Assembly (NCBI GenBank): GCA_025839675.1
Contig: CP104013.1
Span: 1,470,001 to 1,502,000, forward strand
Source: Candidatus Lokiarchaeum ossiferum
GTDB taxonomy: Archaea; Asgardarchaeota; Lokiarchaeia; Sigyniarchaeales; Promethearchaeaceae
Length of the DNA: 32,000 bases
Direction of reading: 5' to 3'
In this document: positions 17,641-25,859 of the stretch, one piece after another
Layout: every line of letters starts with the position of its first letter
Position numbering within the stretch: position 1 is the stretch's first letter
Position numbers and translations under genes: made by a program
Notes under the pieces: generated by a model
What the model saw: only the letters and a program-made list of their open reading frames with translations
Databases searched by the model: none
What the model was told of the DNA's origin: nothing

Positions 17641-19005
17641 ATGCTTACGGCAGAAATTTCAAAACAAGATAATGAAGAAAAACAAGCTAAAGAAAAAGCT
17701 TTAATTCAAGAAAAAGAGGTTAAACAAAGACGCCTTAAGGAATTACAAGCAAAATTAGCAGAAATAGAAGCCATAGAAGACCTCTCGACAAAAATGAAGA
17801 CCGAAAAAGAATTATTTTTGGATGAAATTCTCCAGATCTTAGAACAAGAACAAAAAAAAGATCACATTCTTTCAACAATCATAAACTGCCGTAAAATCAT
17901 TGAGATGACTGAAGATTTGGAAAATGTTGCTTTACATGCCCGAGCTAAATCAATTTTTGTGGATTTTGAACAAAAGTTAAAGGAACACCATCGAATCCAA
18001 GATGAGGAAGCAAAAGCTGTTATGCAACAGATCAATGATCTGGAGCAAATTATTAATATTGAAGATACTGTTGCACCAGAAATTGAAGATATCCCGATCT
18101 CGTTATTCATTGGAAATATTAATGAGGATTTGTTAAACATGCAAGAATTAGCGGATCAAGTTTTAGTAGATCACGCTGTAGAGATCCAAGAATATGCGGA
18201 AAGTAAAGCAATAATAAAACATGTTTCAGGGAAAGCAAGAGAAATCACTCAAGAAATTGATGTGCTTTGGGAATTTGCCGATGATAAACCAAGTTTGCCT
18301 GACTATGTAATTACAAATACCATAGAAAATTTCGCCGATGACCCGATTGAAGAAGCATTTATTCAGGATATTATTCCGTACAACTATGAAATATCGGAAG
18401 TTACAATTAATGGAAATACTCCGCAAGTAGATCCTCATCAACAACGGATGAAAGATGGATTACAATACTCTTGGTATATCCCAGAAGCAAAGAAGGATAA
18501 TCCAATTGAGTTTAAATATCATTTAAAACCGAGAATTTCCCGAACCGTGGTTTTACCTTTGAAAAATTCTCTCAAAGTAATTAAAACCCATTCTTCTCTA
18601 AACAATGAGAAAATTGTTGGAGAAAAGAAAAAGCAAGATGAAGGAATTTTTGATGCCCTACTCAAATTTAAAAATTCGTACGAGAATCAACTTTCAGATA
18701 TTGTATTAGAAGATGTAATCCCAATTTTTTATACTTATGAAGTAGAAGAACAAAAATCGGGGGATTTTCCTTCAGTCAAAGAATCTTCTGAAAGTTTTGT
18801 TAAATGGAAATTGGATGAAATGCCCATTGAACAAACCAGCTTACATGAATATCATCTAATTGAATTGCAAAAAATTGAAGAATTGAAAATTGAAGCTCAT
18901 AATGTCTTAAAGCAAGATCCAGAAAAAGTAAGTAAGCACAAACGTAAAAATATTCTAAAACGGCAAGAGAGGGCACGTAATTTCCTTCAAAAATTTAATT
19001 TGTAA
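17641..19005 (+). CDS. Hypothetical protein: N-terminal coiled coil plus two tandem beta-sandwich-like modules and a basic tail
   Basis: Strong SD (AAAGGAGAG) 4 nt upstream of the ATG. The E/K/Q-rich first ~150 aa is heptad-like. Two modules share D(I/V)IP-x-x-Y-x-hydrophobic ... W-x-hydrophobic ... Y/EYHL (IQDIIPYNYEISEV...YSWYIP...FKYHL and LEDVIPIFYTYEVE...VKWKL...HEYHL). Confidence 0.55.
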   Translation: MLTAEISKQDNEEKQAKEKALIQEKEVKQRRLKELQAKLAEIEAIEDLSTKMKTEKELFLDEILQILEQEQKKDHILSTIINCRKIIEMTEDLENVALHARAKSIFVDFEQKLKEHHRIQDEEAKAVMQQINDLEQIINIEDTVAPEIEDIPISLFIGNINEDLLNMQELADQVLVDHAVEIQEYAESKAIIKHVSGKAREITQEIDVLWEFADDKPSLPDYVITNTIENFADDPIEEAFIQDIIPYNYEISEVTINGNTPQVDPHQQRMKDGLQYSWYIPEAKKDNPIEFKYHLKPRISRTVVLPLKNSLKVIKTHSSLNNEKIVGEKKKQDEGIFDALLKFKNSYENQLSDIVLEDVIPIFYTYEVEEQKSGDFPSVKESSESFVKWKLDEMPIEQTSLHEYHLIELQKIEELKIEAHNVLKQDPEKVSKHKRKNILKRQERARNFLQKFNL

Positions 19006-19077
19006 TACATTCAAAATTTCAATTTGATTTAATGTTGCTTGGTGTTAATTATAAAAAACATGTTTTTCTACATTTCT

Positions 19078-19443
19078 TTAGAGCGATATCACCAATTGTC
19101 CTTCTTCTTGATACTGTAATATTAATTCAGCAACTTCATTGGAAGGGACCATATCTACTCCATCCATCAACTCCGATTTATCCATACCAATTATACGAGC
19201 TGCGAGATGGCAACAAATAAAATTTATACCCAAATCAATGCATTCTATCATTTCTTCTTCATATCTATTCCGTCCTACTTTCCCCCGTTTTCCTAGTAAA
19301 ATTCCCATCGGACCCCAAAGAACAACAAGAACTTCCAATCCTTTATTTTTGTAATATTTTGCAAAACGAATTATTTCGAGAGGAGAGGTAGACTCATAAA
19401 TCATGTTTTTGAGAAGGAGCAAAACTTTTGTAACTTTCACCAT
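19078..19443 (-). CDS. DsrE/DsrF-like (sulfur-relay-type) small protein
   Basis: 121 aa. Rossmann-like beta-alpha N-terminus (KVLLLL...EVLVVLWGPMG), a conserved Cys-containing segment INFICCHLAARIIG, and a C-terminal LVISL, as in the DsrE/TusD-like family. Confidence 0.6.
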   Translation of the reverse strand: MVKVTKVLLLLKNMIYESTSPLEIIRFAKYYKNKGLEVLVVLWGPMGILLGKRGKVGRNRYEEEMIECIDLGINFICCHLAARIIGMDKSELMDGVDMVPSNEVAELILQYQEEGQLVISL

Positions 19444-19475
19444 TATTTTAATTTAATCAAGTATAAAAAAAAAGG

Positions 19476-19582
19476 CACTGGTTATGTTAAAAAATGAAAA
19501 CATTGGTTATGCTAAAAATTAAACCGGTGATATAAAATGACAATACAATGATAAAAAAATGAAATTGGTTTTGTGTTTTAAA
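19476..19582. repeat. Degenerate direct repeats centred on TGGTTATG in the dsrE-like/hyd divergent intergenic region
   Basis: caCTGGTTATGtTAAAAA (TGGTTATG at 19479-19486) and caTTGGTTATGcTAAAAA (19504-19511) lie 25 bp apart. Weaker copies are cGGTGATA (19525-19532) and TGGTTTTG (19566-19573). Confidence 0.5.
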
Positions 19583-19974
19583 CTCATTTTAATATGAATG
19601 CTACGATGTAATATTTGAAAAACAACTTTAAATTATATAAAACAATCATATACTTGATCATAATTTAACATTTTCATTTGCCTTTCACAATCCAAGTTAA
19701 AACGGGGAAAGTAAGTTAAATTTTATTCTCTTGCATTTATCATTCAATCAAATGCTTTCCTATTCATCTACTTATCTTAACACTATTTTCAATTAATTTT
19801 GTTAATAGAAGAGTTTTTTAAAGAAGTTTCCCTTTATATTCATAGTAATATTGAAGAAAGAATCTGATCATTTTCTGACTAACTATTCACCATAATACCT
19901 TTAGCGATGAAAGATGATTAATTCTCATTCATTTTTTAATAACAAATTTGTAAATAAAATTTGAGGGAAGAAAA

Positions 19975-20436
19975 ATGGCTTCAACAGCAAAAAAAATTAC
20001 AGAAATTCTTCAGCAATTTCCGCCAGAAGATCCTTCTTCATTGATTCCTGTACTTCAAAAAGTACAAGAAGAATTTGGATATTTATCTGAACGAAATGTT
20101 TACGCAGTCTCAGAATATCTTGTAGTTCCAGCTTCTAAAATATACGGAGTTGCAACATTTTATGCACAATTTCGTTTAAAACCACTTGGAAGGCATATTA
20201 TTAATTTATGCAGAGGAACTGCATGTCATGTTAAAGGATCTGAAAGACTTATTCCCGTTTTTGAACAAGAATTAAAATGCAAAGTCGGAGAAACAACCAA
20301 AGATGGAAAATTCACATTTTTGGTTGTTGCTTGTCTTGGAGCATGTTCCTTAGCTCCTGTAGTAAATATCGATAATGATTTTTACGGTGATGTTCAAGCG
20401 GGTCAAATCAAACGAATTTTACGGAAGTATGAATAA
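19975..20436 (+). CDS. hydC: NuoE-like [2Fe-2S] thioredoxin-fold subunit of a trimeric [FeFe]-hydrogenase (HydC-type)
   Basis: Cys pattern CRGTACHVKG ... ACLGACSLAPVV, as in NuoE/HoxE/HydC. SD-like GAGGGA upstream of the ATG. Confidence 0.85.
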   Translation: MASTAKKITEILQQFPPEDPSSLIPVLQKVQEEFGYLSERNVYAVSEYLVVPASKIYGVATFYAQFRLKPLGRHIINLCRGTACHVKGSERLIPVFEQELKCKVGETTKDGKFTFLVVACLGACSLAPVVNIDNDFYGDVQAGQIKRILRKYE

Positions 20437-20448
20437 GGAAGGATTAAA

Positions 20449-22377
20449 ATGGCAACAGAAAAAGCAACTCAAATAGGAAGTCAAATCGATCTGACCGCAA
20501 TAACACTTTCTCCAGAGAAAGTGAAGGAAATAAAACATATTGGAAATTCAGAACCAATTATTTTTATTGGGATGGGAACGTGTGGACTTGCAGCCGGAGC
20601 TCAAGATACTTATAACACGTTAATCACTGAAATTCAAAAATATAAAATGAATGTTAAAATTATCCCAGTTGGATGTGTTGGTGCTTGTTTCGCAGAACCA
20701 ATATTGGATATAAAAATGCCTGGAAAGGCTCGACTAGTTTATGAAAAAATTACAAAAAATAAAGTCGCGGATATCATTTCTAGAACACTTCAAAAGGGAG
20801 AAATTATTGATGAGTGGGTATTGGCCCAGTATACATCTATAGAAGATGAAAATTATGCAAATGTGGTAGATATTAATGATTTTCACTATTTCAAAAATCA
20901 AAAAAAATTCGTTCTCTCAAGATGTGGTTTGGTCAATCCAGAATCCTATGAAGAATATCTTGCGTATGATGATGGATATAAAGCTTTAGCCAATGTGTTA
21001 GAAAATTTAACGCCTAAACAAGTGATTGAAGAAATTAAGATAAGTGGATTACGAGGTCGAGGCGGTGGTGGCTTTCCTACAGGGAAAAAATGGGAATTCG
21101 GATATAATGCAAAATCAGAAGATGGGATAAAATATATTATTATGAATGCCGATGAAGGTGATCCAGGTGCTTTTATGGATAGAGCTGTGTTAGAATCTGA
21201 TCCATATTCTGCCATTGAGGGGATGACTCTCATGGGTTATGCTATCGGTGCCCAAAAAGGATTTATTTATTGTCGAGCAGAATATCCTTTAGCCATTCGC
21301 AATCTATCTAAAGCAATGCACACCGCACGGGAAAAAGGACTCCTTGGAACTAATATTTTGGGGTCAGACTTCTCCTTTGACATCGAAATTAAAAAAGGTG
21401 CAGGTGCTTTTGTATGCGGTGAAGAAACAGCATTAATCGAGTCAATCGAAGGAAAAAGAGGAAGTCCACGCATTAAACCACCATATCCAGCCGTTTCTGG
21501 ATTATGGGATCGCCCCACAGTAGTAAATAATGTTGAAACAATTGCTCAATTAGCAAAAATTATTAATATTGGAGGTAAAACTTTTGCAAGTTGGGGTACT
21601 GAAGGCTCAAAAGGTACAAAAGTTTTTGCTTTAACAGGAAAAATTCAATATGCAGGATTAGTGGAAGTTCCCATGGGAGTAACAATTAAAGATATTGTTA
21701 AAATCGGGGGAGGCATTCCAAACAACAAAAAATTCAAGGCAGCCCAAATTGGGGGACCATCAGGAGGATGTATCCCAAAATCACTCATCAATACACCCAT
21801 TGATTATGAAAAACTAAAAGAAACTGGTGCAATCATGGGATCTGGTGGTTTAGTCATTATGGATGAATCTACTTGTATGGTTGATACAGCACGCTTTTTC
21901 ATGAATTTCATTCAAGAAGAGAGCTGTGGTAAATGCATCCCTTGCCGTGAAGGAACGCGACGAATGCTGGAAACCTTAGAAAAATTGGTCATTAAACCAA
22001 AAAATGATAAGGAAGTTGTGGATCGAATGAAATCCATGATGTCATTAGAAAGATTATCCCATGTGATTCAAGATACATCCCTTTGTGGGCTCGGTATGAC
22101 AGCCCCCAATCCCGTATTATCGACATTGCGATATTTCCGCGATGAATATGAAGCACATCTGTATGAAAATACATGCCCCGCGAAATATTGTTTGGGATTA
22201 CTTGAATTTAAAATTAATGTTGAAAAATGTGTTGGATGCGGCCTTTGTAAGCTTAATTGCCCTAATGATGCAATCTTAGGAGAAAAGAAACAACCACACT
22301 ACATAGTTGAAGACAAATGTGTAAAATGCGGACTCTGCCAGTCGAATTGCAAATTCGATGCAGTGTTCTTGGAGTAA
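20449..22377 (+). CDS. hydB: NuoF-like flavin/NAD(H)-binding Fe-S subunit (HydB-type) with an N-terminal [2Fe-2S] domain and a C-terminal 2x[4Fe-4S] ferredoxin domain
   Basis: GLRGRGGGGFPTGKKW (FMN/NADH site), ESCGKCIPCREG (N3-type cluster), CVGCGLCKLNCP and CVKCGLCQSNC (ferredoxin motifs), and an N-terminal GTCGLAAGA...GCVGACFAEP. SD AGGAAGGA lies upstream, with a 12-nt gap after hydC. Confidence 0.9.
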   Translation: MATEKATQIGSQIDLTAITLSPEKVKEIKHIGNSEPIIFIGMGTCGLAAGAQDTYNTLITEIQKYKMNVKIIPVGCVGACFAEPILDIKMPGKARLVYEKITKNKVADIISRTLQKGEIIDEWVLAQYTSIEDENYANVVDINDFHYFKNQKKFVLSRCGLVNPESYEEYLAYDDGYKALANVLENLTPKQVIEEIKISGLRGRGGGGFPTGKKWEFGYNAKSEDGIKYIIMNADEGDPGAFMDRAVLESDPYSAIEGMTLMGYAIGAQKGFIYCRAEYPLAIRNLSKAMHTAREKGLLGTNILGSDFSFDIEIKKGAGAFVCGEETALIESIEGKRGSPRIKPPYPAVSGLWDRPTVVNNVETIAQLAKIINIGGKTFASWGTEGSKGTKVFALTGKIQYAGLVEVPMGVTIKDIVKIGGGIPNNKKFKAAQIGGPSGGCIPKSLINTPIDYEKLKETGAIMGSGGLVIMDESTCMVDTARFFMNFIQEESCGKCIPCREGTRRMLETLEKLVIKPKNDKEVVDRMKSMMSLERLSHVIQDTSLCGLGMTAPNPVLSTLRYFRDEYEAHLYENTCPAKYCLGLLEFKINVEKCVGCGLCKLNCPNDAILGEKKQPHYIVEDKCVKCGLCQSNCKFDAVFLE

Positions 22378-22389
22378 GAGGTGGAAAAA

Positions 22390-24129
22390 ATGGCAACAAA
22401 AACAATTACTATAGATGGACAAACCATTGTCCTTGAAAAAACTAAAACAATCTTAGAAGTTGCAAGAGAGCAAGGAATCTACATTCCCGTCTTATGCTAT
22501 CTGAAAGAGGTGACTCCAACTGGCTCATGTCGAATGTGTGTGGTTGAAGTAGAAGGAATCCCAAGACCTGTTCCTGCATGTAGTACAGCAGTAAGTGATG
22601 GAATGATAATTAAAACAAACACACCTCGAATTCAATTAATTCGGAAAACGATTGTCGAATTGTTAATTGCAAATCATCCCATGGATTGCCTATATTGTGT
22701 GCGAAATGGAGATTGTGAATTACAAGAACTTGCAGAAATTTACGAAATTCGTGACCATCAGTTCCAAGGTTCTAAACGGATCAATCCATTAGATCAAACC
22801 AGTATGGCCTTAGTTCGTGATCCTAACAAGTGTATTTTATGCCAACGCTGTGTAAAAGTATGTGATGAAATACAATCAGTCCATGCAATTGATCTGACAA
22901 AACGTGGATTTGAATCAATCGTCACTAGTGCATTTGATAGAACAATTCATGAATCATCATGTGTGTTATGTGGTCAATGTGTTCGAGTTTGCCCAACTGG
23001 AGCTTTGATCGAACGTAGTATTCAGAGTGAAGTAAGAGATAACCTTTTAAATCCAGATGTAATTACAACGGTTCAAGTAGCACCTTCGATTAGTGCGACA
23101 ATTGGAGAGGAATTTGGTTTTGCTCCAGGAACGGATGTTTCTGGAAAACTGGTGACCGCTTTGAAACGTATGGGCTTTGATGCGGTATTTGATACCGTAT
23201 TTGGAGCGGATTTAACAATTATGGAAGAAGGGAATGAATTAGTGAAACGGATAACGAGTAATAAAACACTACCAATGATCTCCACTTGCTGTCCGGCATG
23301 GATCAAATTCATGGAACAAGAATTTCCAGATTTAATTCCACATATGAGCACTTGTAAATCACCGATGTCCATGCAAGGCGCCATTATTAAAAGTTTCTGG
23401 GCAAATAACACAAATGCGGATCCAAAGAAAATTTTCCAAGTAGCAATTATGCCATGTATGGCTAAAAAATTTGAACGGGATAGAACAGATTTAGTTAATG
23501 ATGGATTGCCAAATACCGATGCAGTTTTGACCACCCGAGAACTTGTGAGATCCATTAAACGTTTCGGAATAGATCTTGCAAAATTACCTGATTCTGACTA
23601 CGATGATCCTTTGGGTGAATCCACCGGTGCTGGAAAAATCTTTGGTGCTTCAGGTGGAGTCATGGAAGCAGCATTAAGAACTGGATATTGGTTAGTAAAT
23701 AATAAAAATGTCGAACATGTGGAATTTGAAGCGGTTCGCGGAATGGATTCCATAAAGAAAGCCATAATTGAGATTACACCCGAAATCAAACTCAGTTGTG
23801 TTGCCGTTAGTGGTCTTGCCAACGCACGAAAAATTTGTGATGAATTACGAGAAGGAAATCCAAACAATTACCAATTCATTGAAATCATGGCGTGTCCAGG
23901 AGGATGTATCAATGGTGGAGGCCAACCCCGAGGATTGGATAGAGAAGTATTAGAACAGCGAGCAAAAGCATTATATTCATTAGATGATAATTATTCAATT
24001 CGATTTTCGCATGAGAATACTGCAGTTCAAAGACTCTATTCAAATTTCTTGAAAGAATTAGGTAGTCATGAAGCACATCATTTACTTCATACAAAATATT
24101 ATAACCGAAAAGTAGGAGGCCAAGAATAA
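22390..24129 (+). CDS. hydA: [FeFe]-hydrogenase catalytic subunit (M3-type: 2Fe-2S, His-ligated 4Fe-4S, 2x4Fe-4S, H-domain)
   Basis: H-cluster signatures STCCPAW (L1), MPCMAKKFE (L2) and EIMACPGGCINGGGQP (L3). N-terminal CRMCVVEV, HPMDCLYCVRNGDCELQ, CILCQRCVKVC and CVLCGQCVRVCP. The ATG at 22390 with upstream GAGGTGG is preferred to the GTG at 22381. Confidence 0.92.
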   Translation: MATKTITIDGQTIVLEKTKTILEVAREQGIYIPVLCYLKEVTPTGSCRMCVVEVEGIPRPVPACSTAVSDGMIIKTNTPRIQLIRKTIVELLIANHPMDCLYCVRNGDCELQELAEIYEIRDHQFQGSKRINPLDQTSMALVRDPNKCILCQRCVKVCDEIQSVHAIDLTKRGFESIVTSAFDRTIHESSCVLCGQCVRVCPTGALIERSIQSEVRDNLLNPDVITTVQVAPSISATIGEEFGFAPGTDVSGKLVTALKRMGFDAVFDTVFGADLTIMEEGNELVKRITSNKTLPMISTCCPAWIKFMEQEFPDLIPHMSTCKSPMSMQGAIIKSFWANNTNADPKKIFQVAIMPCMAKKFERDRTDLVNDGLPNTDAVLTTRELVRSIKRFGIDLAKLPDSDYDDPLGESTGAGKIFGASGGVMEAALRTGYWLVNNKNVEHVEFEAVRGMDSIKKAIIEITPEIKLSCVAVSGLANARKICDELREGNPNNYQFIEIMACPGGCINGGGQPRGLDREVLEQRAKALYSLDDNYSIRFSHENTAVQRLYSNFLKELGSHEAHHLLHTKYYNRKVGGQE

Positions 24130-24130
24130 A

Positions 24131-24589
24131 ATGGAAATAGAAGCGACACACAACGCAATATTGCTTGTACATTTTGAAGAAGGACAGTTTGTATCCCGTT
24201 TCACCAACGTATTTGAAGAAAAAGGATTTAGTTTATATCACTGTCCCAGCATAGAAGAAGCATATCAAATTCTCGGATCTCAAAGCGTGGAAATCGTTGT
24301 ATTGGATATGGACGAAAACTATGATGAAGCTTTCAAATTCTGTTATAGAATCAAGCGAAATAAAAATTTAGAGAAAATATTTGTTATCGGATTAAGTGCT
24401 GCTCATACCCGATTCGGTATTTACATCGATGCTCACACACGTGAAGAACGGAATTGGCTAAATTGTGATCTTTTTGTGCATAAACCAATAAATGCCCGAA
24501 ATCTCTACCTCCTTCTTAAGAAGGAAATTGCAATTATGAAAGGCATTGATGCCACAGACCTAGATTCTGAACAAGAATCTTGGCTTTAA
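24131..24589 (+). CDS. Stand-alone receiver (REC/CheY-like) domain protein with a degenerate acidic pocket
   Basis: ILLVHFEE (H14-F15 where the DD pair is expected), VVLD59MDE, IGLS89A and HK118P match the beta1/beta3/beta4/beta5 signatures of receiver domains. The start lies 1 nt after the hydA stop. Confidence 0.7.
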   Translation: MEIEATHNAILLVHFEEGQFVSRFTNVFEEKGFSLYHCPSIEEAYQILGSQSVEIVVLDMDENYDEAFKFCYRIKRNKNLEKIFVIGLSAAHTRFGIYIDAHTREERNWLNCDLFVHKPINARNLYLLLKKEIAIMKGIDATDLDSEQESWL

Positions 24590-24612
24590 TTTTTTTCCTT
24601 TTATTTCTTTAC
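24590..24612 (+). terminator. Oligo-T tract ending the hyd-REC transcription unit
   Basis: T7 at 24590-24596 immediately after the stop, followed by further T runs. The downstream gene is convergent. Confidence 0.4.
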
Positions 24613-24665
24613 ATATTGAGTGGAAAAAATCAAATGTATGGAACTTCAAGATCTTGTTCTCGAAT

Positions 24666-25772
24666 TCACAAGAGGTTTTGAATAAATTGTGTCATTTCGG
24701 GGATATAACTGATAAACTTGACAACTAAAGCAAATTGCGCTTTGGCTCTCTGTAAATTATGAGATTCAAACTGAGTTTTGAAATAACAATCACCATCTAG
24801 ATAGTCAGACAAGAAACGAAGACCAATCATGAATGCCATCATAGCGGGTGCATCAGGCAACAAGGAAATTTCCTTAGGAGTTAAAAAATCCTTAGCATTG
24901 TCAATATATCCCCGAATAAATGATTCTAAGAAGATTGAATTGATTTGGATCAAATCCACATTTTTTTCATCTTCTTTTGCGGTGCTGGCAATAATGCGAA
25001 GTGCATCTCCAAAATCGTAATGAACCAACCCCGGCATAACTGTATCTAAATCAATAATAGAAATAGCTTGGTCTTTTTCATTCAGCAAGATATTATTAAA
25101 TTTCGTGTCATTATGAGTCAACCGAAACGGTATTTCCCTCGATTTTGCAGCGGTATGAATTTGAATTAATTTATTACGATATTCCTGTACAAATAATATT
25201 TCTTCCTTAGCGTATTTGTTTCGATCAGATGAATTCGCTTGCACTATTCGGTCATAAATCGCCAAGCGCGATTCAAGATTATGAAAATTAGGAATTGTAT
25301 CATTTATCTTTGAAATAGGAAAATTAACAAGAGATTTTTGAAATAGTGCGATGATTTTACCCGCTTCCAAAGCTTGAGTGGAATTTTTCACGAGATCGTG
25401 GGAATTTGCATTATCAATAAAATTGAAAATTCGCCAATATTCACTATGAGCATCTTGAAACCAATACTTTCCTTCATGAGTTGGAAAAACTTTCAGATTC
25501 ACGATAGGGCTAGACTTATTTATTATCCCATCCATTTTCTCCATGTATTGTGTTATTTGCACTAAATTTTCTTGCAGTTTCGGGGGATTTGTGAAAACAT
25601 GATTATTTATTTTTTGTAGGATATAATCTGGTGACGTTTTTTCTTTAGTTTTTATGAGAAAAGTACTGTTAATGTGGCCATTTCCGAAGGGAATTGCTCT
25701 GTTAAAAGTTCCAAAAACCTTGAATTGATCAAAAATCGATTTAATTTCTGTTTTTATCTCATCAGTCACCAT
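24666..25772 (-). CDS. Aminoglycoside-phosphotransferase-fold sugar kinase resembling N-acetylhexosamine 1-kinase (NahK family)
   Basis: FGNGHINSTFLI, RLTHNDTKFNNILL, IIDLDTVMPGLVHYDFGDALR, KEDEKNV and GLRFLSDYLDGDCYFKTQFESHNLQRA closely track my recollection of Bifidobacterium NahK (GDGHINTTYLV, VTHNDTKLNNIL, IIDLDTIMPG, FLADYLEGDIYF). Confidence 0.75.
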   Translation of the reverse strand: MVTDEIKTEIKSIFDQFKVFGTFNRAIPFGNGHINSTFLIKTKEKTSPDYILQKINNHVFTNPPKLQENLVQITQYMEKMDGIINKSSPIVNLKVFPTHEGKYWFQDAHSEYWRIFNFIDNANSHDLVKNSTQALEAGKIIALFQKSLVNFPISKINDTIPNFHNLESRLAIYDRIVQANSSDRNKYAKEEILFVQEYRNKLIQIHTAAKSREIPFRLTHNDTKFNNILLNEKDQAISIIDLDTVMPGLVHYDFGDALRIIASTAKEDEKNVDLIQINSIFLESFIRGYIDNAKDFLTPKEISLLPDAPAMMAFMIGLRFLSDYLDGDCYFKTQFESHNLQRAKAQFALVVKFISYIPEMTQFIQNLL

Positions 25773-25859
25773 TTTTTCTAACTAAATAAACCTATATTAA
25801 TATATATGATTTTCTGGATAAAATTGAAGAAGGAACACTAAAAAAAAGGAAAAATGTAG

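Noticed and set aside
19032-19354. Plus-strand ORFs 19032..19220 and 19139..19354.
   Set aside because: They are antisense to the DsrE-like gene, which has a recognisable family pattern. Their translations are P/S/I-rich with no motifs.
19476-19582. A possible CRISPR-like or tandem-repeat array.
   Set aside because: There are only two good copies of an ~18-nt unit plus two degenerate ones, with irregular spacing and no cas genes. A regulatory repeat is more plausible.
20946-24172. Minus- and plus-strand ORFs inside hydB and hydA (20946..21233, 21267..21518, 21992..22174, 23073..23555, 23598..23867, 23768..23953, 23909..24172).
   Set aside because: They lie in shadow frames of genes with unambiguous Fe-S and H-cluster motifs.
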